Below the pieces are notes generated by a model. That model did not search any database. It saw only the letters and a list, made by a program, of their open reading frames with translations, and was not told where the DNA came from. From Candidatus Parcubacteria bacterium (GTDB taxonomy: Bacteria > Patescibacteriota > Minisyncoccia > Phycocordibacterales > UBA918), in contig JBJOPW010000012.1 of NCBI GenBank assembly GCA_046050355.1, forward strand, positions 1 through 34,903: DNA of 34,903 nucleotides, written 5' to 3'. Numbering within the stretch: the stretch's first letter is position 1; each line of letters starts with the position of its first letter. Both the position numbers and the translations under genes were made by a program. Shown here in pieces: positions 7,982-14,956 of this stretch.

Positions 7982-8208
7982 GCTGGCAAACAAGGTTTGC
8001 CAGCCTCGCGTGACCCTACGAGGAAATATGCTGGGAGCATATTTCCGTGAGAATCGAAGCTGTTGCCAGATAGATTATGAGCGTAGCGAAATAATCTAGC
8101 GACAACGGGTACTGGTCCTGTAAGGACCGATTCTCCGTAGCGAGTCGGGGTCGAGAGTACTTAGTAGATTTTGAGCACAGCGAACAAATATACTTAGTAA
8201 CTCGTGAC
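7982..8208. repeat. tRNA-linked branched palindromic element with inverted and direct copies of the tRNA-Glu 3' end
   Basis: 8007-8020 is the reverse complement of 7922-7935; 8049-8058 is the reverse complement of 7912-7921; 8128-8140 equals 7914-7926; two hairpin loops share TGAGCRYAGCGAA. Confidence 0.75.
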
Positions 8209-8307
8209 AATAGCTATAAAAGACAGCAGCGTTATTGTTACAAAATCATTATAGAGTTATAAATTTTAGTTAGTACTATTTTGTCGCAATAGCATGTCAA
8301 CTAACTA

Positions 8308-9822
8308 CTATGCATGTAGACTAGCATCAATTTGTTTGAGCTTCTCAATGACTTCTGTCGCAGATAGTGCAAATTGCTTTTTTGCTTCTTCTTCATCATT
8401 ACTCACCCAATCTTTTACCTCAATAAGTAAATTAATTTTTTTTAATCGTTTTTCCTCCTTTGTTAACGTAGTATCATTTCTAATCTCCGAATTGAACTTA
8501 TCTTTAAAGATCTTGGGATAATACTCTTCGAAATCATGCTCGTTAAATTGCAAAAAATTTTCTTCTTTCCAACCATCCTTCACTACATACTTTGCTTTAA
8601 ACTTTTCAATAATTGCCGCCTCACTTTCTCCACCATCTAAAATTACCCAGGCTTTGTTTCTATATATTGGTTCCAGATGTACAAAGACAAATAAATTATT
8701 AAATTCTTCAAAGCGCATTTCAATCTTTGATTTGCCAGCCGACGAATGAGTTCTGATTTTTTGATTAAGATTTGGAATAAACCAAGGTATGATATACTCG
8801 CGAATAATTAGCTCAGCAGATGATTCTTCTAAAAAGAGGTATCCCATGTACTGTCCGTAATCAAAAAATTCATAGCCAAGGTTTTCGAGGGCATCCATTC
8901 TTTCCTTTGATGTCTTTATTTCTTTAACTTGTGAAACAAATAATTTTGGTCTTTCTGCATCACTTAACTGAGTACTTACTTCAAATACTTTTGCATTACT
9001 ACTTGCACCAAGCATTCGCATAACAATATTTGAATGTGTTGAAACAAAAAACTGATTTGTTTCAGACTTTCTTGCTATCAAGGACAGAAGTGACTTCAAA
9101 GCTTTTGGATGTATGTCATTTTCAGGCTCTTCTATTATAAATATTTTATTCTTTGCCACACACAAATCTGCAATTAAACCTAAAAGGTTTGGAATACCTT
9201 CTCCCATACTCGTCATGGGGATTTCATCAAAACCGCCAAGTTTATAAACGGCCTGCTTTCCATTACCTTCTCCTCCTGAAGTTGATATGCGGAATCCTAA
9301 AATTTCATCACATGCTTCGACATATTCTTGGTACCAGCTTGCCTCTGGATCAGATAATCTATCAATTTTTGCGTACAAATGTGTAAAATTTCCCACAACG
9401 GAATTTGCTGCACCTTTATTTACATCGGGTGAGTAAGTAACAACTTTTCGCTTTGAAAGATAAGGGTATATTAAATTATCTGGTTCTGATTGATTTGCAG
9501 CGCCATTCCACCCAGCCTCACCAGTATGAGTAAGTATATGTCTTTGATTACCATTTAAATGAAAAACGAAACCTAACATTCTGTCTGAAAAACCTGGGTG
9601 ACTTCCTGCTGTATACAACTTAACTAACCCGTTTATGTTACCAACAGTTTGATCATACATATTCAATGCCTCCCTTTTTTGAATTAGATGTATAGCATTT
9701 AATATTGTTGACTTACCAGAGTTATTTTCACCAATAAAAATATTTATAGACTCAGAAAAATCTGTCTTTGGTAACGACTTGAAACCTTTAACACTTTGTA
9801 ATTCAATTCCGATAACTTTCAT
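8308..9822 (-). CDS. OLD-family-like ABC ATPase / TOPRIM-like nuclease (candidate defence gene), AT-rich
   Basis: IELQSVKGFK, Walker A IGENNSGKST, MGEG signature, Walker B IEEPENDIHP, FVSTHS, then LFLEESSAE / SAGKS / WVILDGG / DFEEYY TOPRIM-like motifs; visibly more AT-rich than its neighbours; start at MKVIG preferred over the TTG at 9849. Confidence 0.78.
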   Translation of the reverse strand: MKVIGIELQSVKGFKSLPKTDFSESINIFIGENNSGKSTILNAIHLIQKREALNMYDQTVGNINGLVKLYTAGSHPGFSDRMLGFVFHLNGNQRHILTHTGEAGWNGAANQSEPDNLIYPYLSKRKVVTYSPDVNKGAANSVVGNFTHLYAKIDRLSDPEASWYQEYVEACDEILGFRISTSGGEGNGKQAVYKLGGFDEIPMTSMGEGIPNLLGLIADLCVAKNKIFIIEEPENDIHPKALKSLLSLIARKSETNQFFVSTHSNIVMRMLGASSNAKVFEVSTQLSDAERPKLFVSQVKEIKTSKERMDALENLGYEFFDYGQYMGYLFLEESSAELIIREYIIPWFIPNLNQKIRTHSSAGKSKIEMRFEEFNNLFVFVHLEPIYRNKAWVILDGGESEAAIIEKFKAKYVVKDGWKEENFLQFNEHDFEEYYPKIFKDKFNSEIRNDTTLTKEEKRLKKINLLIEVKDWVSNDEEEAKKQFALSATEVIEKLKQIDASLHA

Positions 9823-9873
9823 ATTTCTTTCTACAGAGATAGAGTGCAATCATTAACTTATTATACGCCTAAG

Positions 9874-10404
9874 CTATTTCACCCCCACCTCAATCACTCC
9901 CCCATCTGCAATCGAATCCGGCAACAGCTCACCCAAGTACGTCAGTATTCGCTTGATCGAACCGCCATGTCCTAAAATCGCAATCGTCTCATACGACTGT
10001 TCTTTTATCTTTTCAAACGCTGCCACGACACGGTCATTAAAATCTTCAAAACTCTCGCCTTCGGGGTCGGTGTTCATCGGGTCTTTGTGGGCGGCTACTG
10101 CTTCGGGATACTGCTCCAGGGCTTCTTGCTTGGTCAGACCAGTCAACACGCCATAGTGACGTTCCTCAAGTCCCTGCCACTCCACAATTGGACAGCCGAT
10201 GCCACCACTGATTATCTCAGCACTTTCGCGCGCACGTATAAGTGGGCTATGGAAGATAACCTCGATACCCTTGCCAGCTACCTGGGTAGCTGTTGCAGCG
10301 AGCTGTTCGTGGCCGCGTTCGGTCAGATGGTCGTCGTAACTCCCTCCATAGCGGTCTTCCAAATCGCCAGTAGTCTCCCCGTGTCTAATGAGAAATATTT
10401 TCAT
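9874..10404 (-). CDS. Histidine phosphatase (phosphoglycerate mutase superfamily)
   Basis: LIRHGET, LTERG, SPLIRA, LEERHYG, GES, GHGG. Confidence 0.92.
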   Translation of the reverse strand: MKIFLIRHGETTGDLEDRYGGSYDDHLTERGHEQLAATATQVAGKGIEVIFHSPLIRARESAEIISGGIGCPIVEWQGLEERHYGVLTGLTKQEALEQYPEAVAAHKDPMNTDPEGESFEDFNDRVVAAFEKIKEQSYETIAILGHGGSIKRILTYLGELLPDSIADGGVIEVGVK

Positions 10405-10650
10405 GTTGCTAGTATACCAAATCTACTCCTTTTTATAAAAAACACCAGAAAAAGAAAACCGCCCGACCTATGAGAGCTATATAGTTTTCTAGTTAAGTAC
10501 CGGTTTCCATGACTTCTTCAGATATGCAGTTGAGTATCGAGCAACATTTACTTTGGTTGCATTAAACAAAAATGTGTTGCATATTAGTAGCAATAGTACC
10601 CTTGTCGTGAAGGTCTCACGAAGTACCAAAATCACCTGCAGGAGAGAAAG

Positions 10651-11139
10651 ATGGATCGGCGAATCACCCGCAAGGATTTCCAGGACCAAGCAGATGCCAA
10701 TGTTGGCGTCACCTGGGCAGACAGTGATGCCCAAAAAGCCCTTTTCGATGCAATCAAGAAAGACGATGTTGCATCTGCCCTAGGCAAACGTGTTGTAATG
10801 TGGATGGTTGAAGCTGCCAGTCTCAAGTTGTCTACCCCAGTTGAAGTCTCGTTCTACTACGACGTCTGGGGTCGAGATCTTGCCTGTGAAATCCAACACG
10901 ACGCCGACACTCTTTCGGGTGGTCGGATGAGGCAGCTTTGGCTTGACTGTGGCGTCGGCCGTCATCTTACCCATCACACAGGCGGACGAGACAATCTGCT
11001 ACGCTGGAACAGCAACGTTCGTGCCTCGACACTTTGGATTGCTGAGGGTGATGACTGGTACAACCACAAGGACAAAGCCCTTGTGGTGACACCAAACTTG
11101 GCTGAGATTGGCGCTTTTCCGCTACTGCATCCGCATTGA
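10651..11139 (+). CDS. Hypothetical protein (ORFan cassette)
   Basis: 162-aa ORF, AGGAG SD, terminator after the stop. Confidence 0.65.
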   Translation: MDRRITRKDFQDQADANVGVTWADSDAQKALFDAIKKDDVASALGKRVVMWMVEAASLKLSTPVEVSFYYDVWGRDLACEIQHDADTLSGGRMRQLWLDCGVGRHLTHHTGGRDNLLRWNSNVRASTLWIAEGDDWYNHKDKALVVTPNLAEIGAFPLLHPH

Positions 11140-11140
11140 G

Positions 11141-11192
11141 AGCCGCCGCACAACACCCGAGAAGGGCGCACGTGTGGCGGCCTTTTCATTTT
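11141..11192 (+). terminator. Repeated terminator-like element, copy 1
   Basis: gccgccgcac...gtgtggcggc stem with an inner ccc/ggg hairpin and a T run; 20 bp identical to copy 2. Confidence 0.75.
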
Positions 11193-11218
11193 CTAAAAAC
11201 ATTAGAATCAACACCACA

Positions 11219-11246
11219 TTGACAATCCCCCACCATACCGTATAGT
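11219..11246 (+). promoter_or_regulatory. Sigma70 promoter of the receiver-domain gene
   Basis: TTGACA-16 bp-TATAGT, then GGAG SD. Confidence 0.7.
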
Positions 11247-11273
11247 TTCGCCAGACAACAACGGAGACTGCAC

Positions 11274-11684
11274 ATGACCAAACTCACAGTTCTCGTCGTC
11301 GATGACGAAGACCGCTGGCTCGACTCTCTCGAAAAGCTCGGAGTGTCACTTGGCTTTGAGGTGCTGAAAGCGCGCAACGGTGACGAAGCTTGGAATATAC
11401 TTGAAGCTCGTCCCGAAATCGACGTCGTCATCACTGATGTGCGCATGGCACCGGTTGATGGAGTGATGGTTCTTCATCACATCGACGCCATGCGTAAAGG
11501 CAACCAGCCAAAAGTGCTCATCCACAGCAACGAGAACACCTACTACGCATCTGATCGGACGCGTTTGGATTTGTCGAAGTGGGTGCCAGAGTTCTTCGGT
11601 GAATTCGCGCAATTCGCACGGAAGTCGGTCGACCTCGCCAAGGTGCGTGCCTTCCTCGCTGAGATCCTCGCCGCCAGGCAGTAA
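11274..11684 (+). CDS. Single-domain response regulator (CheY-like receiver)
   Basis: VLVVDDE, ARNGDEA, DVVITDVRMAPVDG phospho-acceptor Asp, beta-4 Ser, FARK Lys. Confidence 0.88.
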   Translation: MTKLTVLVVDDEDRWLDSLEKLGVSLGFEVLKARNGDEAWNILEARPEIDVVITDVRMAPVDGVMVLHHIDAMRKGNQPKVLIHSNENTYYASDRTRLDLSKWVPEFFGEFAQFARKSVDLAKVRAFLAEILAARQ

Positions 11685-11735
11685 GCCGCCACACCGCACC
11701 CTTGATTGGGCCGCTACGTGTGGCGGCCTTTTCAT
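11684..11735 (+). terminator. Repeated terminator-like element, copy 2
   Basis: gccgccacac...gtgtggcggc-cttttcat. Confidence 0.75.
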
Positions 11736-11806
11736 ACCCCCTATCAACACACCACCACCCCACTCACCTGCCACTGCGGTACAATAATGATCATAAGTAT
11801 CACCAT

Positions 11807-11974
11807 ATGAAAATCCCTCAAACCTCAGCCAAAAGTCTGTTATCAACTAAACGTATTAACGAAGTCACCTCTTTCTCAAAGGTCTTGGCGGCTCTACTCT
11901 TTATTATGATGCCCTTTATCGGTTTTGCTATCGGTTATACGAACGCTGGAAGCACGTTACCCTTTATTTGGTAG
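11807..11974 (+). CDS. 55-aa single-pass membrane peptide
   Basis: ATG downstream of TACAAT; VTSFSKVLAALLFIMMPFIGFAIGY hydrophobic segment; terminator follows. Confidence 0.65.
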   Translation: MKIPQTSAKSLLSTKRINEVTSFSKVLAALLFIMMPFIGFAIGYTNAGSTLPFIW

Positions 11975-11977
11975 AGA

Positions 11978-12014
11978 TTAAAAAGAGAGATGGTCATACC
12001 ATCTCTCTTTTTAA
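11978..12014. terminator. Bidirectional terminator
   Basis: ttaaaaagagagatggt-cat-accatctctctttttaa between convergent genes. Confidence 0.8.
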
Positions 12015-12020
12015 CACAGC

Positions 12021-12287
12021 CTAGGCTTCAATTGGTCCTTGGTAGAGCATGAGACCACCTTCGAGCTCACCCACCTTTATACCATGTTTAGTCTCAAGTA
12101 AGGTGCACACGTACTTCGAACGCACCGTTGAATAACAGTACACTACCACATCATTGGCGGCAGAGAGCGCAATAATTTCGTCCACTGCTTGAGGGTCCTC
12201 TTCAATACTAATATTACGCGCACCTGGCAGACGGCCGGTGGCAAATTCTTCGGGACGACGAACGTCAATGTATACCTTTGGCTTCAT
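12021..12287 (-). CDS. Rhodanese-like single-domain protein
   Basis: IDVRRPEEFATGRLPGARNI, VVYCYSTVRS, LEGG; start MKPKV lies 9 nt after TATAAT. Confidence 0.88.
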   Translation of the reverse strand: MKPKVYIDVRRPEEFATGRLPGARNISIEEDPQAVDEIIALSAANDVVVYCYSTVRSKYVCTLLETKHGIKVGELEGGLMLYQGPIEA

Positions 12288-12337
12288 GTCACCCTGATTA
12301 TACAGGGTGTCCCGCATGTAAACAGCCTGCAATACAC

Positions 12338-12367
12338 AGTAAAAGGCGCCCCAGAGCGCCTTTTACT
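12338..12367. terminator. Intrinsic terminator
   Basis: agtaaaaggcgc-cccaga-gcgccttttact. Confidence 0.78.
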
Positions 12368-12379
12368 ATCACTACATTA

Positions 12380-13312
12380 TTAGTATTCGTCAGTGGTGAA
12401 TTCCTCCACCTCTCCACACTCTAAGCGTTCATCATTATCCTCATCTTCAAACTCAACACAGATACGGAAGTAATGGTCGGTATCGTCTTGTAGTCCAGTT
12501 ACCACGGCGTAGAAGTCATCTTCATCATCAAAATTTGAAGCGACCTTCACCTTCTGCAGGTCATCATTATCAGTGTCGATGTCACTATAACGATCCTCAT
12601 CTGCGGCATCCTCGACCTGATCTTCGTCTTCACCGAAAACAAAGAAGACAATACCATCTTCCGCATCTTGCATGTCAACCTCACCACGAAGCTCCGCGCG
12701 AGTTTCAGTAACATCATCGACATCATCAGTCGTTACATCAGGAATATCTTCATCATCGTCATTCCAGTCATCATCATCATTGTCGTACCAATCATCGTCG
12801 TAGTTGTTGTATGAACTACCACCGACGTTTATCGACTGAACTGAACCTTCGTAGGTGTCGCCACGACGATCTTCGAGTACAGCGCGGTAGTAGTAGGTAC
12901 CACGACTAAGGTCGTACGCGTAGCCGGTAAAGTTGCGGGTGTTGTTGTTACTATTACCAAGACTGAGCTTTGGGGTACTGTATGAAAGTGAACGATTTGG
13001 TCCAAATTCAAACCAAACTTTTGATTGTGTCGTACCTGGACGAGCAGAACCATGGAAGTCTACATCACCATTGCCACGGTGTACGGCACTACCGGTAGTG
13101 ACCATACCACTACCACTGTTGCTCCAACCATTATTATTTGAATAACCACGAAGCGCATCGAGCTGCGCTTGCAAACGAAGAATCGTGGCCTGGAGTTCAG
13201 CAATCTGGGCAGCATTACTGTTATACGTTGTGTAGGCATCGGCAGTTGGGGTACTGGTTACCAATAAAACCACCGCCAAAGCACCTCCTGCAATATATCT
13301 TAATGTATCCAT
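12380..13312 (-). CDS. Secreted/surface protein with a coiled coil and two FN3-like beta domains, the second extremely acidic
   Basis: Signal peptide; IAELQATILRLQAQLDAL; repeated VTT...A.L.G...VWFEFG...L..GTYYYRA...G.V..F motif. Confidence 0.7.
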   Translation of the reverse strand: MDTLRYIAGGALAVVLLVTSTPTADAYTTYNSNAAQIAELQATILRLQAQLDALRGYSNNNGWSNSGSGMVTTGSAVHRGNGDVDFHGSARPGTTQSKVWFEFGPNRSLSYSTPKLSLGNSNNNTRNFTGYAYDLSRGTYYYRAVLEDRRGDTYEGSVQSINVGGSSYNNYDDDWYDNDDDDWNDDDEDIPDVTTDDVDDVTETRAELRGEVDMQDAEDGIVFFVFGEDEDQVEDAADEDRYSDIDTDNDDLQKVKVASNFDDEDDFYAVVTGLQDDTDHYFRICVEFEDEDNDERLECGEVEEFTTDEY

Positions 13313-13343
13313 ATAGCTATACTATATGCTTATTTTTCCACGT

Positions 13344-13376
13344 GTAAAGCCATGGCGCGAAGTGCCATGGCTTTAC
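13344..13376. terminator. Hairpin terminator downstream of murF
   Basis: gtaaagccatggcgc-gaa-gtgccatggctttac. Confidence 0.7.
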
Positions 13377-13428
13377 CGTTCTTCTGAACTTCTTCTTGAG
13401 TTTGTTACATTGACCCATTCGTCATCGA

Positions 13429-13553
13429 CTAAAAGTGAAGAAATTGGCTTAGATTCGCGGCGCCGAGGAGTTGCAAAGGAGACGTACAATGGTACGGTGA
13501 CTCCCACAACGACGCTGGCAACAAAGAAGATGAGCTAATTTATTTGCTTTTAG
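13429..13553 (+). repeat. ~123-nt hairpin element, copy C
   Basis: Terminal inverted repeats ctaaaagtgaagaaattggctta / tgagctaatttatttgcttttag; core GAGACGTAC-aatg-GTACGGTGA. Confidence 0.8.
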
Positions 13554-13557
13554 GGAT

Positions 13558-14847
13558 TTAACGGCGTTTCCAAGCGGTGTCTTGGCGCACAAGTAGCTCC
13601 CCCGCCCGCTCCGGCTCCGCCATTATCTCCTCAATGACTCGTTCCGCACGCACCCCTTGTGAACCCTTTACCAGTATAACGTCACCGGGTTTAATTAATT
13701 GCTGTAGTTCTCGACCAGCCGTTACCGAATCTTCGTATTGGTATATCTGCTTTTCGGAGAGACCGTGTTCTAGCGCCCCTTCAGCTGTCTTGCGCGAACG
13801 CACACCAATCGTTACGAGTATATCGACAGCTCCTGCTGCGACAGCACCGATACGTTCATGTTCACGAGTAGAGAACTGACCAAGTTCAAGCATGTCACCA
13901 AGCACCGCAATTTTACGATTAAAACCGCGCAACTCCTTTAGTGTCTGGAGTGAGGTCTCCACTGCCGTGGGTGAAGAATTGTAGGTATCATCAAGAATAC
14001 AGGTGGCTTTAATTCCTGGAATTACCCGCATACGCCCGACTGGACCAATGTGTGATTTGACCGCTTCAGCAACCGCCGATAGCGGAATATCAAACTGCGC
14101 TGCCACCGCAGCGGCCGCACTATAGGTGTACGCGTTTTGTATACCAATTGAGCCATTTACTTTAAAAGTGACCGCTTCATCAAGATGCGTGATAGTGAAT
14201 TGCGAACCAACCGGAATATCATCGCGATAGATTATCTCATCGGCTGCGGCGGTAAACTGTGACGGTGCATACCGACTAAAGCCCACACTCGGCTGACGAA
14301 CAGTAGCTACCGCTGCTAGTAACTTAGCGTCATCATGGTTATAAACAAAGACCCCATCTGGCTTTAACGCTCGTACGAGTGCGAGTTTCTCTTCAGCAAC
14401 TGCTTCTGGTGTACTAAAATATTCCACATGCACCGGTACGTCTGGTAGACGAGTGATCACCGCTATATCGGGCTTCAACCAGGCTGTGAGTGACTTCATG
14501 TCACCAGGGCGATCCACCCCCGCCTCAAGCACAAGTACCTCTGGATAATTTCGACTAAAAACAGCAATGAAAAATCCCTCAACAATATTCGCCAACCAAC
14601 CAAATGGATTGTCCCAGGCATTTGGCAACCCGAGAATAGACAACGGCACGCCGATTTCAGAATTAAAACTTTTCTCACTTTTTCTAGTTTTGCGATACTG
14701 TTTTAAGACAGCGAAGATCGCGTCTTTGGTTGATGTTTTGCCAACACTACCAGTGACCGCAATCACAATTGGCCTAGTGCGACGCAGTAATAGCTTGGCC
14801 TCAAAAGTCAAAATAGTATAGACAATGGTCTTAAAAGTAGCTTTCAT
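13558..14847 (-). CDS. murF: UDP-N-acetylmuramoyl-tripeptide--D-alanyl-D-alanine ligase
   Basis: AVTGSVGKTSTK, SFNSEIGVP, DDTYNSSP, VLGDMLELG, LVKGSQG; position in the dcw cluster. Confidence 0.92.
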   Translation of the reverse strand: MKATFKTIVYTILTFEAKLLLRRTRPIVIAVTGSVGKTSTKDAIFAVLKQYRKTRKSEKSFNSEIGVPLSILGLPNAWDNPFGWLANIVEGFFIAVFSRNYPEVLVLEAGVDRPGDMKSLTAWLKPDIAVITRLPDVPVHVEYFSTPEAVAEEKLALVRALKPDGVFVYNHDDAKLLAAVATVRQPSVGFSRYAPSQFTAAADEIIYRDDIPVGSQFTITHLDEAVTFKVNGSIGIQNAYTYSAAAAVAAQFDIPLSAVAEAVKSHIGPVGRMRVIPGIKATCILDDTYNSSPTAVETSLQTLKELRGFNRKIAVLGDMLELGQFSTREHERIGAVAAGAVDILVTIGVRSRKTAEGALEHGLSEKQIYQYEDSVTAGRELQQLIKPGDVILVKGSQGVRAERVIEEIMAEPERAGELLVRQDTAWKRR

Positions 14848-14951
14848 ACCGTTAGAAGTTATTGAATATTAACATGATAATATTTTTGTTTAAGATAAGA
14901 AGTGCGATTTCAGAGCTCGGAAGGTTTTATGATAACTTCTAACGGCATGAA
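14843..14951 (-). promoter_or_regulatory. 20-bp long-range stem covering the murF start codon
   Basis: 14843-14862 and 14932-14951 are inverted repeats at 19/20; the mismatch is G-U in the minus-strand RNA. Confidence 0.6.
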
Positions 14952-14956
14952 TAATG

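Noticed and set aside
7914-8140. attL/attR pair of an integrated prophage or island
   Set aside because: The direct repeat is only 13 bp, about 200 bp away, with no integrase or cargo between; better explained by the structured element.
8016-8210. 64-aa ORF downstream of the tRNA
   Set aside because: Lies wholly within the palindromic element; no coding features.
10489-10826. Short overlapping ORFs 10489-10734, 10553-10783 and 10632-10826
   Set aside because: They span the promoter region of 10651 and lack SDs and recognisable motifs.
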